A DNA stretch of 64,000 bases from Flavobacteriales bacterium (GCA_020635725.1 JACJZF010000010.1:74061-138060); one strand, 5' to 3'; numbered from the stretch's first letter, positions 1-9,678 are shown. The notes: generated by a model not told the origin, from the sequence alone. Made by a program: numbers and translations.

Positions 1-4
1 GCCT

Positions 5-592
5 TCATGACTCGTCCGGGTACAGCTTGCGATACAGCGCCATGGCGCGCTCGCGCGCCCGAAGGAGCCGCATCTTCACGGCGCTCTCCCCCGTTCCGTT
101 GATCTCCGCCATCTCCTTCACCGATACGTCATCCTGGTACTTCATCAGGAGCAAGGCGCGATCCTCCGGCATCAGGTCCTGCAGCACGCGATCCAGGGCC
201 TCGGCGCGCAGCTCAAGAAGTTCCGCCTCGTACGTATCCTCTGGCAGATTGCTGGCCATGCGGGAGTCGTCCAGGTCGATGGTTCGGCTCTTCGCCTGCT
301 TGCGCAGCTGATCCAGGCAGTAATTGTAGGCGATGCTGTAGAGCCAGGTGCCGAACCGGCTGCGATGATCGAACTTGGGCAGGCTCACGAAGGCCTTCAG
401 GAAGACATCGTGCGTGAAATCGGCCGCGAGCTGCTTGTCGCGTGCCAGGCTCAGGCAGCGCTGGTACACTTTGTCCTTGTAGCGGTCGTAGAGCACGGCG
501 AAACGCTCCGCTTCCATGGACCGCTGGAGGGCGAACACGATCTCCTCATCGGAGGCATCCTGATCGGGCTTGGCTCGTTTGCGGAACAACAC
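5..592 (-). CDS. RNA polymerase sigma-70 factor, ECF subfamily
   Basis: 195-aa ORF. Region-2-like DFTHDVFLKAF...FGTWLYSIAYNYCLD and region-4 HTH LLMKYQDDVSVKEMAEINGTGESAVKMRLLRARE are typical of ECF sigma factors. Confidence 0.85.
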   Translation of the reverse strand: MLFRKRAKPDQDASDEEIVFALQRSMEAERFAVLYDRYKDKVYQRCLSLARDKQLAADFTHDVFLKAFVSLPKFDHRSRFGTWLYSIAYNYCLDQLRKQAKSRTIDLDDSRMASNLPEDTYEAELLELRAEALDRVLQDLMPEDRALLLMKYQDDVSVKEMAEINGTGESAVKMRLLRARERAMALYRKLYPDES

Positions 593-746
593 CTGGAGAG
601 CGGTGTGGCCTTTAGACGCGGGCCACGGGGTTCGGTCACATATGAATGGCCGACGGACACGAACCCCAGCGCCAGTCCAATGGACCGACGGCGCCTAGGC
701 AGGCATTCGGGGAGAGGAGCAACCCGAGGAGACGGGATGCCGGCTG

Positions 747-821
747 TGGGCACTATTGGATTCGAACCAACGACCCCCACCTTGTCAAGGTGGTGCTCTG
801 AACCAGCTGAGCTAAGTGCCC
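747..821 (-). tRNA. tRNA-Val (anticodon GAC)
   Basis: Reverse complement folds as a cloverleaf. Acceptor GGGCACT/AGTGCCC, D stem GCTC/GAGC, anticodon stem CCACC/GGTGG with loop TTGACAA, T stem GTTGG/CCAAT with loop TTCGAAT, discriminator A. No encoded CCA. Confidence 0.95.
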
Positions 822-833
822 TGGAAGGGGCGG

Positions 834-841
834 CAAATGTA
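834..841 (-). promoter_or_regulatory. Bacteroidota-type -7 promoter box TACATTTG upstream of tRNA-Val
   Basis: Minus-strand TACATTTG matches the TAnnTTTG consensus and lies 13 nt upstream of the mature tRNA 5' end. The same extended motif GCAAATGTAGC (plus strand) recurs upstream of rpmB. No clear -33 TTG. Confidence 0.4.
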
Positions 842-922
842 GCGATCCTCCTTCAGCCTGCATGAGGTCGTGAAGTCCGTTTGGCGAGCGTGGCGCTATT
901 TTCGCGGCGGATTATCCGAATC

Positions 923-1558
923 ATGGGCGGCAAGAGCGTGAGCGATAGCGGTAGGATCTTCAAGAGCCCCTTGCTGGAGGCCCTCACCCGCACCCACATC
1001 GCTATTCCGCTGATCATCTTCTACGGCACGGGCGCCGCTGCGGTATGGATCAGCCTGAATCGTTTGGCCCTGGATCCCGTCGGGAGCATAGCGCTTTGCA
1101 TCGCCGGGGCCTTCTTCTTCACGTGGGTGGAGTACATGGTGCACCGCTACTTCTACCACATGAGCACCGATAGCCCCCGGAAGGCACGGGTGCAATACGT
1201 GTTCCACGGGGTGCATCATGACCATCCGCGCGACAAGAAGCGGCTCGCCCTGCCACCGCTCATGAGCGTGCTGGTGGCCGGTGCCTTCATCGGATTGTTC
1301 CGCCTGCTGCTGGGCGTGCATGGTTTCGCCTTCGGCGGCGGTTTCCTCGTGGGCTATGCCACTTACTTGCTGGCGCACTACGCCATCCACGTGTACAACC
1401 CGCCGAAGAACTTCCTGAAAGCGATCTGGAAGCACCACAACCTGCACCATTACGTGGGCGATACCGGTGCCTTCGGGGTGAGCTCCCCGCTCTGGGATCA
1501 CGTGTTCGGCACCATGCCGGTGGACCCTCGAGCCAAGAAGCAGGCGCAGGCCAGCTGA
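923..1558 (+). CDS. fatty acid hydroxylase / sterol desaturase family membrane protein
   Basis: Histidine boxes HRYFYH, HGVHHDHP and HHNLHHY plus several hydrophobic helices. ATG at 923 preferred over the TTG at 881. Confidence 0.8.
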   Translation: MGGKSVSDSGRIFKSPLLEALTRTHIAIPLIIFYGTGAAAVWISLNRLALDPVGSIALCIAGAFFFTWVEYMVHRYFYHMSTDSPRKARVQYVFHGVHHDHPRDKKRLALPPLMSVLVAGAFIGLFRLLLGVHGFAFGGGFLVGYATYLLAHYAIHVYNPPKNFLKAIWKHHNLHHYVGDTGAFGVSSPLWDHVFGTMPVDPRAKKQAQAS

Positions 1559-1560
1559 CC

Positions 1561-2565
1561 CTACTCGTGGTCCCGTCCGTAGCCCTGCTGCCGCTGCTGC
1601 CAGAGCTCCTCTTCCGCCGCGATCACGGCCTTGAGCGAATCGCTCACCTCCTTCTGCTCGATCCGGTCGAGGTCCGGCTGACCCGCATTCACCCAGGCGC
1701 TGTACCAGAATCCGCCGAGGGTGATGATGCTGGCGTTCATGCGCTGCTCCACCATGCCCATCATGGCATCCTCATACGCCATGGTGAACTCGCGTGAGTA
1801 GAGGCGCTGACCGGTGCGGCCGCGGTCCTCGAAATTGAACTTGCGGTCCTCCGGGAAGGTCTCATTCAAGCGCTTCTCGATGCCGAGGACGCTGTCCACG
1901 AGCAGGTGGCTGTCGTGCACCGCCGCCCACGCCGCATCCAGGGGACGTTCGATGTAGCTGGCGCGACCGACCAGATGATCATAGCCCTCGGCGCTGAGCT
2001 CCGGTATGCGGCTCTCCCAGAAGGCGTGTATGCCGTGCTGGTTGGTCATTTGCCCGTTGTAGTTCTCGGTGGTGTGCAGGGGCACGTGCGCATCACCCAC
2101 ATAATGCCCCAGATCCGCAGCGTTGCGCAGGATCCGGTCCACATCACCCCGCTGGAAGGCGCTGATGAGCCGGCTGTACATGACCTGGATATGCCAAGGA
2201 ACGATCCCGTACGCTTTCAGGGTGTCTTCCGTGTACTTCGCCACGGCATCGGTCCATTTGCGCGGCACCACCTCGAAGGGATCCACATCGCCGTGCGCGT
2301 AATGGTCGATGTCGATGTAATGCCGCGGGGCCTCATCGGGCACGGCGTAGCGCCGGCGGTCGGGATCCACCGCGTGATCGCTGATGAAATCGATGTGGCG
2401 CTTGAAGAAGGGGAACATCTCCGGCGGCAGCGTGTAGCACGCCATCCGGTTGATGCGTTTGTGGCCATAGAAGCCCCACGCGTTGGCCTCGGGCGCGGTG
2501 TCCGGTGCGAGCAGCACGCTCACGGCGGCCAGCGCCACGAAGAGCAGGGCAACGCGACGGATCAT
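1561..2565 (-). CDS. secreted zinc-dependent phospholipase C / S1-P1 nuclease superfamily protein
   Basis: Signal peptide followed by the WGFYGHKRINR motif. Multiple His/Asp metal-ligand motifs (HAVDPDRRRY, RHYIDIDHY, GDAHVPLHTT). ATGA start/stop overlap with the upstream comB-like gene. Confidence 0.7.
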   Translation of the reverse strand: MIRRVALLFVALAAVSVLLAPDTAPEANAWGFYGHKRINRMACYTLPPEMFPFFKRHIDFISDHAVDPDRRRYAVPDEAPRHYIDIDHYAHGDVDPFEVVPRKWTDAVAKYTEDTLKAYGIVPWHIQVMYSRLISAFQRGDVDRILRNAADLGHYVGDAHVPLHTTENYNGQMTNQHGIHAFWESRIPELSAEGYDHLVGRASYIERPLDAAWAAVHDSHLLVDSVLGIEKRLNETFPEDRKFNFEDRGRTGQRLYSREFTMAYEDAMMGMVEQRMNASIITLGGFWYSAWVNAGQPDLDRIEQKEVSDSLKAVIAAEEELWQQRQQGYGRDHE

Positions 2566-3320
2566 GGCTGGCTCATCTCCATGCGCACGAGCTCGCCATC
2601 GCGCAGGATGGGGATCACACGGCTCTGGTCCGGGGTCAGGCAGTACTTGGCATCGGGCAGCAGCTGCAGCTGCTCGATGCGGCGGCGGCGCGGCGCGGCC
2701 TTCAGGATGCTTAGGAAATTGTCCCGGGCGCTCATGAACATGTACTTGGCGGCGATGCTGCTGTCCTCCTCAACGCCGAATTTACCGCTGTCGAGCAGGC
2801 GTTCCATCACGGCGCCGGCATACACGCTGTCCTCGAGGTTGAACTTGTCTTTCCAGCCCGAGCACAGCAGCAGGATGTTGTCGTTTTGCTGCACGAGCCA
2901 TTCGCTCAGCGCGCTCAGGTTGAGGAAGGAGCCGACCACCAGCTTGCGCGCATCCTTGGCCATGTTGATGGCCTTGGTGCCGTTGGTGGTGGTCATGACG
3001 ATGGTCTTGCCGCGCAGATCCTGCCCCACGTAGGCCAGGGGCGAATTGCCGTAATCGAAGCCCTCCACCACTTCGCCGTTGCGCTCGGCGGCAGCGATGT
3101 AACCGGGGCGCCCGATGTAGCGCCGCGCTTCTTCCACCGTGCTCACGGGAATGATGCGGTCCACCCCGTTCTCGAAAGCGGCCACCATGGCGCTGGTGGC
3201 GCGCAGCACGTCGATCACCACCACGATGCCCATGTCCTGGGCGTAGAGCGGGTAGTGGCCGGGCGTGAAGCACACCTCCACCCGGTACTTGTACTCACTG
3301 ACGGGTATGGCTCCCTCCAT
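2562..3320 (-). CDS. comB: 2-phosphosulfolactate phosphatase family protein
   Basis: 252 aa. VVVIDVLRATS, TTTNGT and YGNSP motifs are characteristic of the ComB family. Confidence 0.8.
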   Translation of the reverse strand: MEGAIPVSEYKYRVEVCFTPGHYPLYAQDMGIVVVIDVLRATSAMVAAFENGVDRIIPVSTVEEARRYIGRPGYIAAAERNGEVVEGFDYGNSPLAYVGQDLRGKTIVMTTTNGTKAINMAKDARKLVVGSFLNLSALSEWLVQQNDNILLLCSGWKDKFNLEDSVYAGAVMERLLDSGKFGVEEDSSIAAKYMFMSARDNFLSILKAAPRRRRIEQLQLLPDAKYCLTPDQSRVIPILRDGELVRMEMSQP

Positions 3321-3392
3321 GCGTTGTAAGCCCCACAGAGATACGCATTCGCACGCGTACCGCAGCGGGTGGTCAGGGTTCGGGGAAGTGGC

Positions 3393-4508
3393 TCAGCCTT
3401 GGGTGAGGAAAGGCACCTTGATCACTACGGCCTTGAGCGTGCGGCCTCTGGCATCAATACCGACCTCGGTGCCGGGGGCGCACAGGGCGGTGGGCACGTA
3501 GGCCATGCCGATGGGCTTGTTGAGCGTGGGGCTCATGGTGCCGCTGGTGACCACCCCGATGACCTGGCCGTTGGCATCGACCACGTTCATGCCGTGGCGC
3601 GGGATGCCGCGATCGATCAGCTCGATGCCCACCAGCTTGCGCTGCACGCCGGCATCCTTCTGGGCCTTCAGCGCGGCGCTGTTGGTGAAGTCCTTGGTGA
3701 ACTTGGTGATCCATCCCAATCCGGCCTCGATCGGCGAGGTGGTGTCGTCGATGTCGTTGCCGTAAAGGCAGAAGCCCATCTCCAACCGCAGCGTGTCGCG
3801 CGAGGCCAGCCCGCACGGCTTGATGCCGAATGGCTTGCCGGCCTCCATCACCGCATGCCAAGCCTTCTCGGCCAAGGGGTTCGGCACGTAGATCTCGTAT
3901 CCGCCGGCGCCGGTGTAGCCTGTGGTGCTGATCAGCACCAGGCCTACCCCCTTCATCTCGGCGTACATGGCGGTGTAGTACGGCATGCTGGCGATGTCCT
4001 CGGCGAAGAGGCCCTTGAGCGTATCCACGGCCTTGGGACCCTGCACGGCCAACAGGCTCATGCGGTCGCTGATGTCCTCGAGCTGCGCATCGAAGGTGTT
4101 CAGGGAGTTGATCCAATCCCAGTCCTTCTGGATGTTGCTCGCATTCACCACCAGCACGTAGTGGTGATCGTCGCCGTGCTGCATGCGGTACACGAGCAGG
4201 TCGTCTACGATGCCGCCGGTGGCATTGGGCAGGCAGCTGTACTGCACCTTCCCTACCGTGAGCTTGCTGGCATCGTTGCTGGTCACCTTCTGAATCAGGT
4301 CCAGCGCGCCGGGACCGCGCACGATGAACTCGCCCATGTGGCTCACGTCGAACACGCCCACGCTCTCGCGCACGGCGTTGTGCTCATCGATCACGCCGGT
4401 GTACTGCACCGGCATCAGGTAGCCGGCGAAGGGCACCATCTTGGCGCCGAGGCTCTCGTGGATATGGGTGAGCGCGGTGCGCTTCAGGTCGGTGGTGGTC
4501 TCGCTCAT
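3393..4508 (-). CDS. gcvT: glycine cleavage system aminomethyltransferase T
   Basis: 371 aa. N-terminus [37 protein letters not shown], and full-length GcvT-like organisation. Confidence 0.95.
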   Translation of the reverse strand: MSETTTDLKRTALTHIHESLGAKMVPFAGYLMPVQYTGVIDEHNAVRESVGVFDVSHMGEFIVRGPGALDLIQKVTSNDASKLTVGKVQYSCLPNATGGIVDDLLVYRMQHGDDHHYVLVVNASNIQKDWDWINSLNTFDAQLEDISDRMSLLAVQGPKAVDTLKGLFAEDIASMPYYTAMYAEMKGVGLVLISTTGYTGAGGYEIYVPNPLAEKAWHAVMEAGKPFGIKPCGLASRDTLRLEMGFCLYGNDIDDTTSPIEAGLGWITKFTKDFTNSAALKAQKDAGVQRKLVGIELIDRGIPRHGMNVVDANGQVIGVVTSGTMSPTLNKPIGMAYVPTALCAPGTEVGIDARGRTLKAVVIKVPFLTQG

Positions 4509-4570
4509 GGTCGGCGAAGTTCGTTCAGGTTTGGTCGTTCAGTTGGTCGGCAGCGATTGTTCAAGCGTGC

Positions 4571-4689
4571 CTTTTCCTCTTTCGTCTTTCCTCTTTCAAC
4601 TCTCCTATTTCAGCTTTCAGCTTTCCTCTTTCAGCTTTCCTATCTCAGCTTTCACCTTCCCTATTTCCTCCTCCCACTTCCCCCTGTCC
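4571..4689. repeat. 17 tandem degenerate heptamers (plus-strand nCTTTCn; GAAAG core on the minus strand)
   Basis: Read in steps of 7 from 4571: cttttcc tctttcg tctttcc tctttca actctcc tatttca gctttca gctttcc tctttca gctttcc tatctca gctttca ccttccc tatttcc tcctccc acttccc cctgtcc. Strongly pyrimidine-rich on the plus strand. Spans the GT stop codon and the gcvT upstream spacer. Confidence 0.85.
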
Positions 4690-5764
4690 CAATTATCTCA
4701 ATAAAGTGTTCGAGGTAGCGGTCGCGCCAGGCACGCGTCGAATAGCGTTGCTCCACGGTGCGGCGGGCCTCCTCCCCCATGCGGCGGCGAAGGTCGGCAT
4801 CCTCGATCAAGCGGGCGAGGCGGTCCACCCATTCGTCGGTGGTGCGGGGCAGATAACCGTCCACGCCCTCGCGGATGATCTCGGTGTTCACACCCACGGG
4901 GCTCATGAGCGTGGGGATGCCGAGCGCCATGTACTGCAGGCCCTTCAGCCCGCACTTGCCACGCGCCCACTCGTCGTCGGGCAGCGGCATGATTCCGATG
5001 TCCATGGCGCGCAGGTCGTCCAACTCGGTGTCCTTGCGCCAGGGCAGGCCCTCGATGCCCAGTTCGGGCACGCGGTAGCTGCCGTCGCCCACCACGCGGA
5101 ACCGGATGCGATCGCCGTAGCGCGCGTGGATGACCTTGAGCGCTGGCAGCGCGTAGCGGAAATGCTGGATCGTGGTGATGCTGCCGCTCCAGCCGATGCA
5201 GATGGGGCCATCAGGACGCATTGCGCGCGGCAGGTACTCATCGGTGTCGATGGTGGTGGGCACGATGGCCACGTCCTTGTTGAAGGGCCGCGCGTAGTCG
5301 GCGAGGTAGGCGTTGCCGGCGAAGACACGGTCGGCCAGGGCGATGAGCTTGCTGGTCTTCGAAGGGTCCTTCACCCAGCTCCAGCGGCGGTTGGCGTCGC
5401 TCACGTTGCTCAGCCAGATGCTATCGTCGAAGTCGTACACCACGCGCGCCCCGGACTTGTGCAGCGCGCGCTCGAAGTAGGTGCTGCGCGTCATCAGCGC
5501 CTCGCGGCACACGAACACGATGTCGAAGTCCTTGGAGCGGGCCAGGTCGCGGCGGCGCTTGGCGATGCTGCGGCGCACGAAGCGCAGCTTATCCACGAAG
5601 TGGCCGGGCCTGTACAGGAAGGCATCGTCGCTGGCCTCCACCAGGGGGCTCAGTTCGCAGCGGAAGCCGTTGGCCTCCAGGTGCCCCATGTATTGCTCGA
5701 AGCGGAAACGCTGGTTGGGGCTGCGTCCCGCACGGTGGCTGGCCAGGAAGAGGATCGAGGGCAT
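4661..5764 (-). CDS. glycosyltransferase family 4 (GT-B, group 1)
   Basis: 367 aa. C-terminal GT1 region with the GLKGLQYMALGIPTLMSPVGVNTEII...G motif (E-x7-E-like). Confidence 0.85.
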   Translation of the reverse strand: MPSILFLASHRAGRSPNQRFRFEQYMGHLEANGFRCELSPLVEASDDAFLYRPGHFVDKLRFVRRSIAKRRRDLARSKDFDIVFVCREALMTRSTYFERALHKSGARVVYDFDDSIWLSNVSDANRRWSWVKDPSKTSKLIALADRVFAGNAYLADYARPFNKDVAIVPTTIDTDEYLPRAMRPDGPICIGWSGSITTIQHFRYALPALKVIHARYGDRIRFRVVGDGSYRVPELGIEGLPWRKDTELDDLRAMDIGIMPLPDDEWARGKCGLKGLQYMALGIPTLMSPVGVNTEIIREGVDGYLPRTTDEWVDRLARLIEDADLRRRMGEEARRTVEQRYSTRAWRDRYLEHFIEIIGTGGSGRRK

Positions 5765-5991
5765 GGGCCGATCGGTCGATCAGGGAATAGGGAATCAGGT
5801 GATCCGCAGGCCCGGACCGACCAGCGGCCGAAGATAGATGGGGGGTGGGAAGGTGGCCGCGCTCTCCTTTGGAGACCTGAAACGAATGAAACGAACAGCC
5901 CGAGGTCGTTCCCCGGGCTGTTCGACTTTCTCGTGGCCGAGTGCTCGGGTCGTGGCCACATCGCCCTGACCCGCATCCTTCATGCTCGAGC

Positions 5992-8322
5992 TCAGCGCTG
6001 CACCTTCACGGCGCGCTTCACCGCGGGCTCGCCATCGAGCAGGAGGGTCACGTAGTACACGCCCGGCGCCAGGCCGGTGGTGTCCCACTCGTGCTGGTAA
6101 TCGCCGGGCTCGCGTTGCGCCTCGCTCAGCACGCGCAGGTCACGGCCATCGGCGCTGTTGACCAGCAGCTGGGCACGGCCCGCGCGCTCCAGGCTGAAGT
6201 ACAAGGTGGTGCGGTCCACGAAGGGATTGGGCACGATCCGCAGCGCGCGCTCCGCGCCGAATGCGGGCATGTCCTGCGTGCCTTCGGCCTGGCCGCTGGC
6301 GGCATCAGGACCTTGTAGAATCATACCCGAGGTGCAGCAGCTGGCGAGTTGCTGCTCGAGCTGCGCGATGCGCGCGGTCTGCTCCTGCATGGCCGCCACC
6401 ATCACCGGGATCAGACCGATGTAGTTCACCGCTTTTACGGTCTCGCCGGGCATGACCTCGGTCCCCGTGGAATCGGCACGCCCCCCATAGGTCACCTCCT
6501 TGACGAGCTCCGGAAGCACCTGCTCCAGCTCCTGCGCGATGAAACCGCGTTGCAACCCATCCTGCAGGTTGATCGCCGGGTGGTTCACGATATCGAAATC
6601 GTAAGTCTTCGGCTGCAGCTGGGCGATAAGATCCATGGCCCCTGAGATAGACTCAACGTTGGTCTTAAGCGATTGATCCGATACAGTCCATGTACCGGAA
6701 TACACGCCAGAGCCGTTGACGTTGACATCCCCGTCGAACCATCCTGCCCACGCACCGGTCGTTACGGATGTTGGCACGGCGGCCTGACCGTAGACTCCCA
6801 CGATGGTGGTCACATCGTCCGTACGTCGGGCGCGACCGCGAACACCTACATAGTCGGCTGCGAGCGTGGCGGGCCAGCAGGCGTTGCAATAGGCGATCTC
6901 CGCCCTCCCGGCTACGCCGCTCGTGAACGTCCCGCCTATTCCATAGCCATCCAAGCCTGTTCGCGAGGTCCCTCCATCCACATATCCCAATGCTCCTACC
7001 GAAAACGCCGCGGCATCGTGAGCGATGAACTCTCCGCCATAACCCGTGTTGGCTCCACCGTTCGAAACGGCATACACGCCACGCGAGGTGGTGGTGCCGC
7101 CACTCACCAATGCCCGTAGGCCGATATTCTGATTCCCGTTGTTCAGGCCGCTCCCGGTGGCATTGGCATCCACCGCGATGCTGGCTGAGCCATTCGCGGT
7201 TCCTTGGGTGGTGCTCGCCACAATGGCGGTGGAGTTCCCAGCGCCTCCCGTCAGCTGGGTTCGCAAGCCGATCTTGCCGGAAGCCGTGTTCGTGTTCCTG
7301 ATCTCCTGCGCCACCGGATAGTACATGGATGAGTTGACGTTGAACTTGGCCCAAGGCGCGGTCGCGAGCAGATCCACGCCAACTCCCACCGCATCGATAT
7401 CATCGGGGCACGAACTGCTCGGTGTGGTGCCAACGGCCGTATAAACATGGTTGACGAACGGCCCTGGGATCATGGTCCATTCACAATCCTGTACCAGTAC
7501 TTGTTGGACATCAGCTGCTTTCACCACCCCACGTTGGTCACTAGGGTAAGCCGCGTTGTCCACTACTGCGATCCGATAGGTGTCTGGTGTGGATGCACCA
7601 GGCAGATCGCGCACCCGCAGGCGGCCATTCACTATGTCCACGCGTTCGGTCGGTTCCTGCACGTACAGGGGATCGCCGAGATTGGCCGCGTAGAAATCAC
7701 CGATGCCCACGTAGGCCTCATCGAAACGGGCCGGGAAAATGCGCATCGCTTCGAGCCCTTCTTCACTCTGGGCACCGGTGCTAGCCAATTGGTCGTGCCC
7801 ACTGGTGAAGATGAAGCGCAGGCGATCCTTGAGCGCTTCCCCCGGATTGTCGCTCCAATGCACAACCATGTCGGTGTAGTCCTTCTCAGTAGGTTTCTGT
7901 CCGACGTAGCTGTGGTCCATGTTCCCGGTGAACGTGACTCCGATATTCATCCAAGGCCTGTAGCTGGCCTCTTGGGAATTGTCTTCATAGGCCGCCAAAT
8001 GCAGCAAGGAGAAAGGCCCGGCGGGCGTGAAGTTGTCCACCTTCGGGCAGATCAGCAATGACCCATCCTTCACCTGGCCGGGGAACGAGCCGAGCGTGTA
8101 GGTCGCGGTTTCCCGCAACAGCATCCGACGGATCGCATCCGTGTACCACTCGATCCGGTAGTTGGCATCATGCCGGATCTGCAGCGGCACCGTGCTGCTG
8201 CCATCCGCACCGAACCACTCGCTGCCACTTATTGAGTTCCCACTAAGTGTCCAATCCTGAGCGCTCACATGGAGCGTCACCGACAAGGCTGCGATGCAGC
8301 CTAGGAATTCTCGCTTCTTCAT
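5992..8322 (-). CDS. T9SS-sorted tail-fibre-like protein with Peptidase_S74-type intramolecular chaperone domain
   Basis: Signal peptide and a Gly-rich repetitive middle. S74-like block SDQSLKTNVESISGAMDLIAQLQPKTYDFD...GFIAQELEQVLPELV...NYIGLIPVMVAAMQEQ. Then a T9SS C-terminal domain IVPNPFVDRTTLYFSL...GVYYVTLLLDGEPAVKRAVKVQR. Confidence 0.85.
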   Translation of the reverse strand: MKKREFLGCIAALSVTLHVSAQDWTLSGNSISGSEWFGADGSSTVPLQIRHDANYRIEWYTDAIRRMLLRETATYTLGSFPGQVKDGSLLICPKVDNFTPAGPFSLLHLAAYEDNSQEASYRPWMNIGVTFTGNMDHSYVGQKPTEKDYTDMVVHWSDNPGEALKDRLRFIFTSGHDQLASTGAQSEEGLEAMRIFPARFDEAYVGIGDFYAANLGDPLYVQEPTERVDIVNGRLRVRDLPGASTPDTYRIAVVDNAAYPSDQRGVVKAADVQQVLVQDCEWTMIPGPFVNHVYTAVGTTPSSSCPDDIDAVGVGVDLLATAPWAKFNVNSSMYYPVAQEIRNTNTASGKIGLRTQLTGGAGNSTAIVASTTQGTANGSASIAVDANATGSGLNNGNQNIGLRALVSGGTTTSRGVYAVSNGGANTGYGGEFIAHDAAAFSVGALGYVDGGTSRTGLDGYGIGGTFTSGVAGRAEIAYCNACWPATLAADYVGVRGRARRTDDVTTIVGVYGQAAVPTSVTTGAWAGWFDGDVNVNGSGVYSGTWTVSDQSLKTNVESISGAMDLIAQLQPKTYDFDIVNHPAINLQDGLQRGFIAQELEQVLPELVKEVTYGGRADSTGTEVMPGETVKAVNYIGLIPVMVAAMQEQTARIAQLEQQLASCCTSGMILQGPDAASGQAEGTQDMPAFGAERALRIVPNPFVDRTTLYFSLERAGRAQLLVNSADGRDLRVLSEAQREPGDYQHEWDTTGLAPGVYYVTLLLDGEPAVKRAVKVQR

Positions 8323-8364
8323 GATCTTCGTTGTTGCTGTTCAACTCGGAAGACCGGCCCTATG

Positions 8365-9390
8365 CTACCGCATCACAACGAAACGAATTCGCCTACGCCC
8401 TTCGCCTTGCAACATCATTGAGTACTCCCCGGGGGCCCAATCTTGTACGGACAGCACCATGAACTCGGTTGCGCTCACCCCGGATGCCATTAACCTGCCC
8501 GTGACATCGAAGACGTGCCAAGCAGTGCCCGCTCCAGTACGCACCTGCACCTGCTCCGACACCGGATTGGGCCAGACCATTGGGCTATCGAAGTCCGGCT
8601 TCTCAATGCCAGTGATGAACTCACATGGCTGCCCGCTTCTCCCCACGCAAACACCATCCACGAAATAATAGGCCCCTAGCGAGTTGCCTGGCACGATATG
8701 CAACGTGTCCGTGAGCGCATTGTTGAAAAAGTTGCCGAGCACCAGGAATTGATAGGCGCTATCAGCCACAAAGCTCCCGCTCACCAACGTCCAGTTGGCC
8801 GTATCGCTGATGACCTCGGTGCTTCGCAAGTGCGCATAGTTCCGAAAGGCGAAAAGCGGGCCGCTGGATCCGGACCAGATGTTCGGCTGCATGGTGAATA
8901 GCATGCCCATATTGCTGCATGCCCATCGCGTCCACCAGTAACTGCCGTCCACAGCCACATTAGTATAGAAGCTCAAATCGTAGCTCTCCCCCACCTCCAG
9001 TGGCTCCAGCAGTTGGCAACCCACGTACTCGCGGTAATTCACACCACCCCCGCTCGTTGCGTAGGCATACATTCCCACATACGCGTCGCCGTGCAAGGCA
9101 TACTGGAAGCCGAAGCCGTTCGAGGGCACCCTTATCAAGGTATCCACACCGCCCAGCGAGCCCGCGCAAGCGTGGAAGTATTCCGGGGACTGGTTCCATC
9201 TCTCCCAATGCATGGGCTTGGAGAAGCCTTGGAAGCCAATGGTCACAGGGCAAGCCGTATTTTCCTCGAAGCTGGGGTTCGGTACCAGGTTCTGCGCTTC
9301 ACATCGTGGAGTGACAATGAACAATAGGCAGCCCAGCAAGGTCCTAAGCACCTTGCCGAGCCACCTATCGCTCATCGAAGTGGGAGTCAC
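8365..9390 (-). CDS. T9SS C-terminal-domain secreted protein (jelly-roll/CBM-like N-terminal domain)
   Basis: Signal peptide, NLVPNPSFEE opening typical of Bacteroidota CBM-like modules, and the C-terminal sorting domain VWPNPVSEQVQV...GEYSMMLQGEGRRRIRFVVMR. Confidence 0.8.
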   Translation of the reverse strand: MTPTSMSDRWLGKVLRTLLGCLLFIVTPRCEAQNLVPNPSFEENTACPVTIGFQGFSKPMHWERWNQSPEYFHACAGSLGGVDTLIRVPSNGFGFQYALHGDAYVGMYAYATSGGGVNYREYVGCQLLEPLEVGESYDLSFYTNVAVDGSYWWTRWACSNMGMLFTMQPNIWSGSSGPLFAFRNYAHLRSTEVISDTANWTLVSGSFVADSAYQFLVLGNFFNNALTDTLHIVPGNSLGAYYFVDGVCVGRSGQPCEFITGIEKPDFDSPMVWPNPVSEQVQVRTGAGTAWHVFDVTGRLMASGVSATEFMVLSVQDWAPGEYSMMLQGEGRRRIRFVVMR

Positions 9391-9654
9391 AGTTCGTCCG
9401 TCGTGTGACCGGTAGAAAGGTCCGGTCCTGGCCTTCTTGTGATACGGGTTGTCCGTGGCGTCGGCTGTTCCACGTGCCCGCTCGGATACAGACCGTCCAA
9501 GGGCGGCGGGTGCTGCCTGGCGCTGCCGGGGAGCCCCCTATCTTTGCCTAGCTCTCCTTCATCTTCATTCGCGTGTTGGTGGGACGGGAGCAACCGGCCC
9601 CTGGTGTTCCTGCACCGGGGGCTTCTTGTGGGCGCCGAAAGGGCGCGTCATTGC

Positions 9655-9678
9655 AGAGAGAGAGAGAGAGAGAGAGAG
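9655..9678. repeat. (AG)12 dinucleotide microsatellite
   Basis: Perfect agagag... run of 24 nt inside an ~0.8-kb ORF-poor spacer, 265 nt upstream of the start codon of the 8365..9390 gene. Confidence 0.95.

Noticed and set aside
4509-4660. Possible glycine riboswitch upstream of gcvT
   Set aside because: The leader is dominated by the GAAAG heptamer array. I could not find the paired-aptamer core (conserved GGAGAG…CACCG…GGGGCAA-type elements and supporting helices). A covariance-model scan would be needed before making any positive call.
4571-4689. Heptamer array as a CRISPR-like or coding repeat
   Set aside because: The units are contiguous with no spacers, only 7 nt long, and degenerate, so this is not a CRISPR array. 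A period of 7 is incompatible with a peptide repeat.
3369-6055. 449-aa plus-strand ORFs 3369..4718 and 4706..6055
   Set aside because: These are antisense to gcvT and the glycosyltransferase. Their Ala/Gly/Arg/His-rich composition has no motifs. They are high-GC antisense artefacts.
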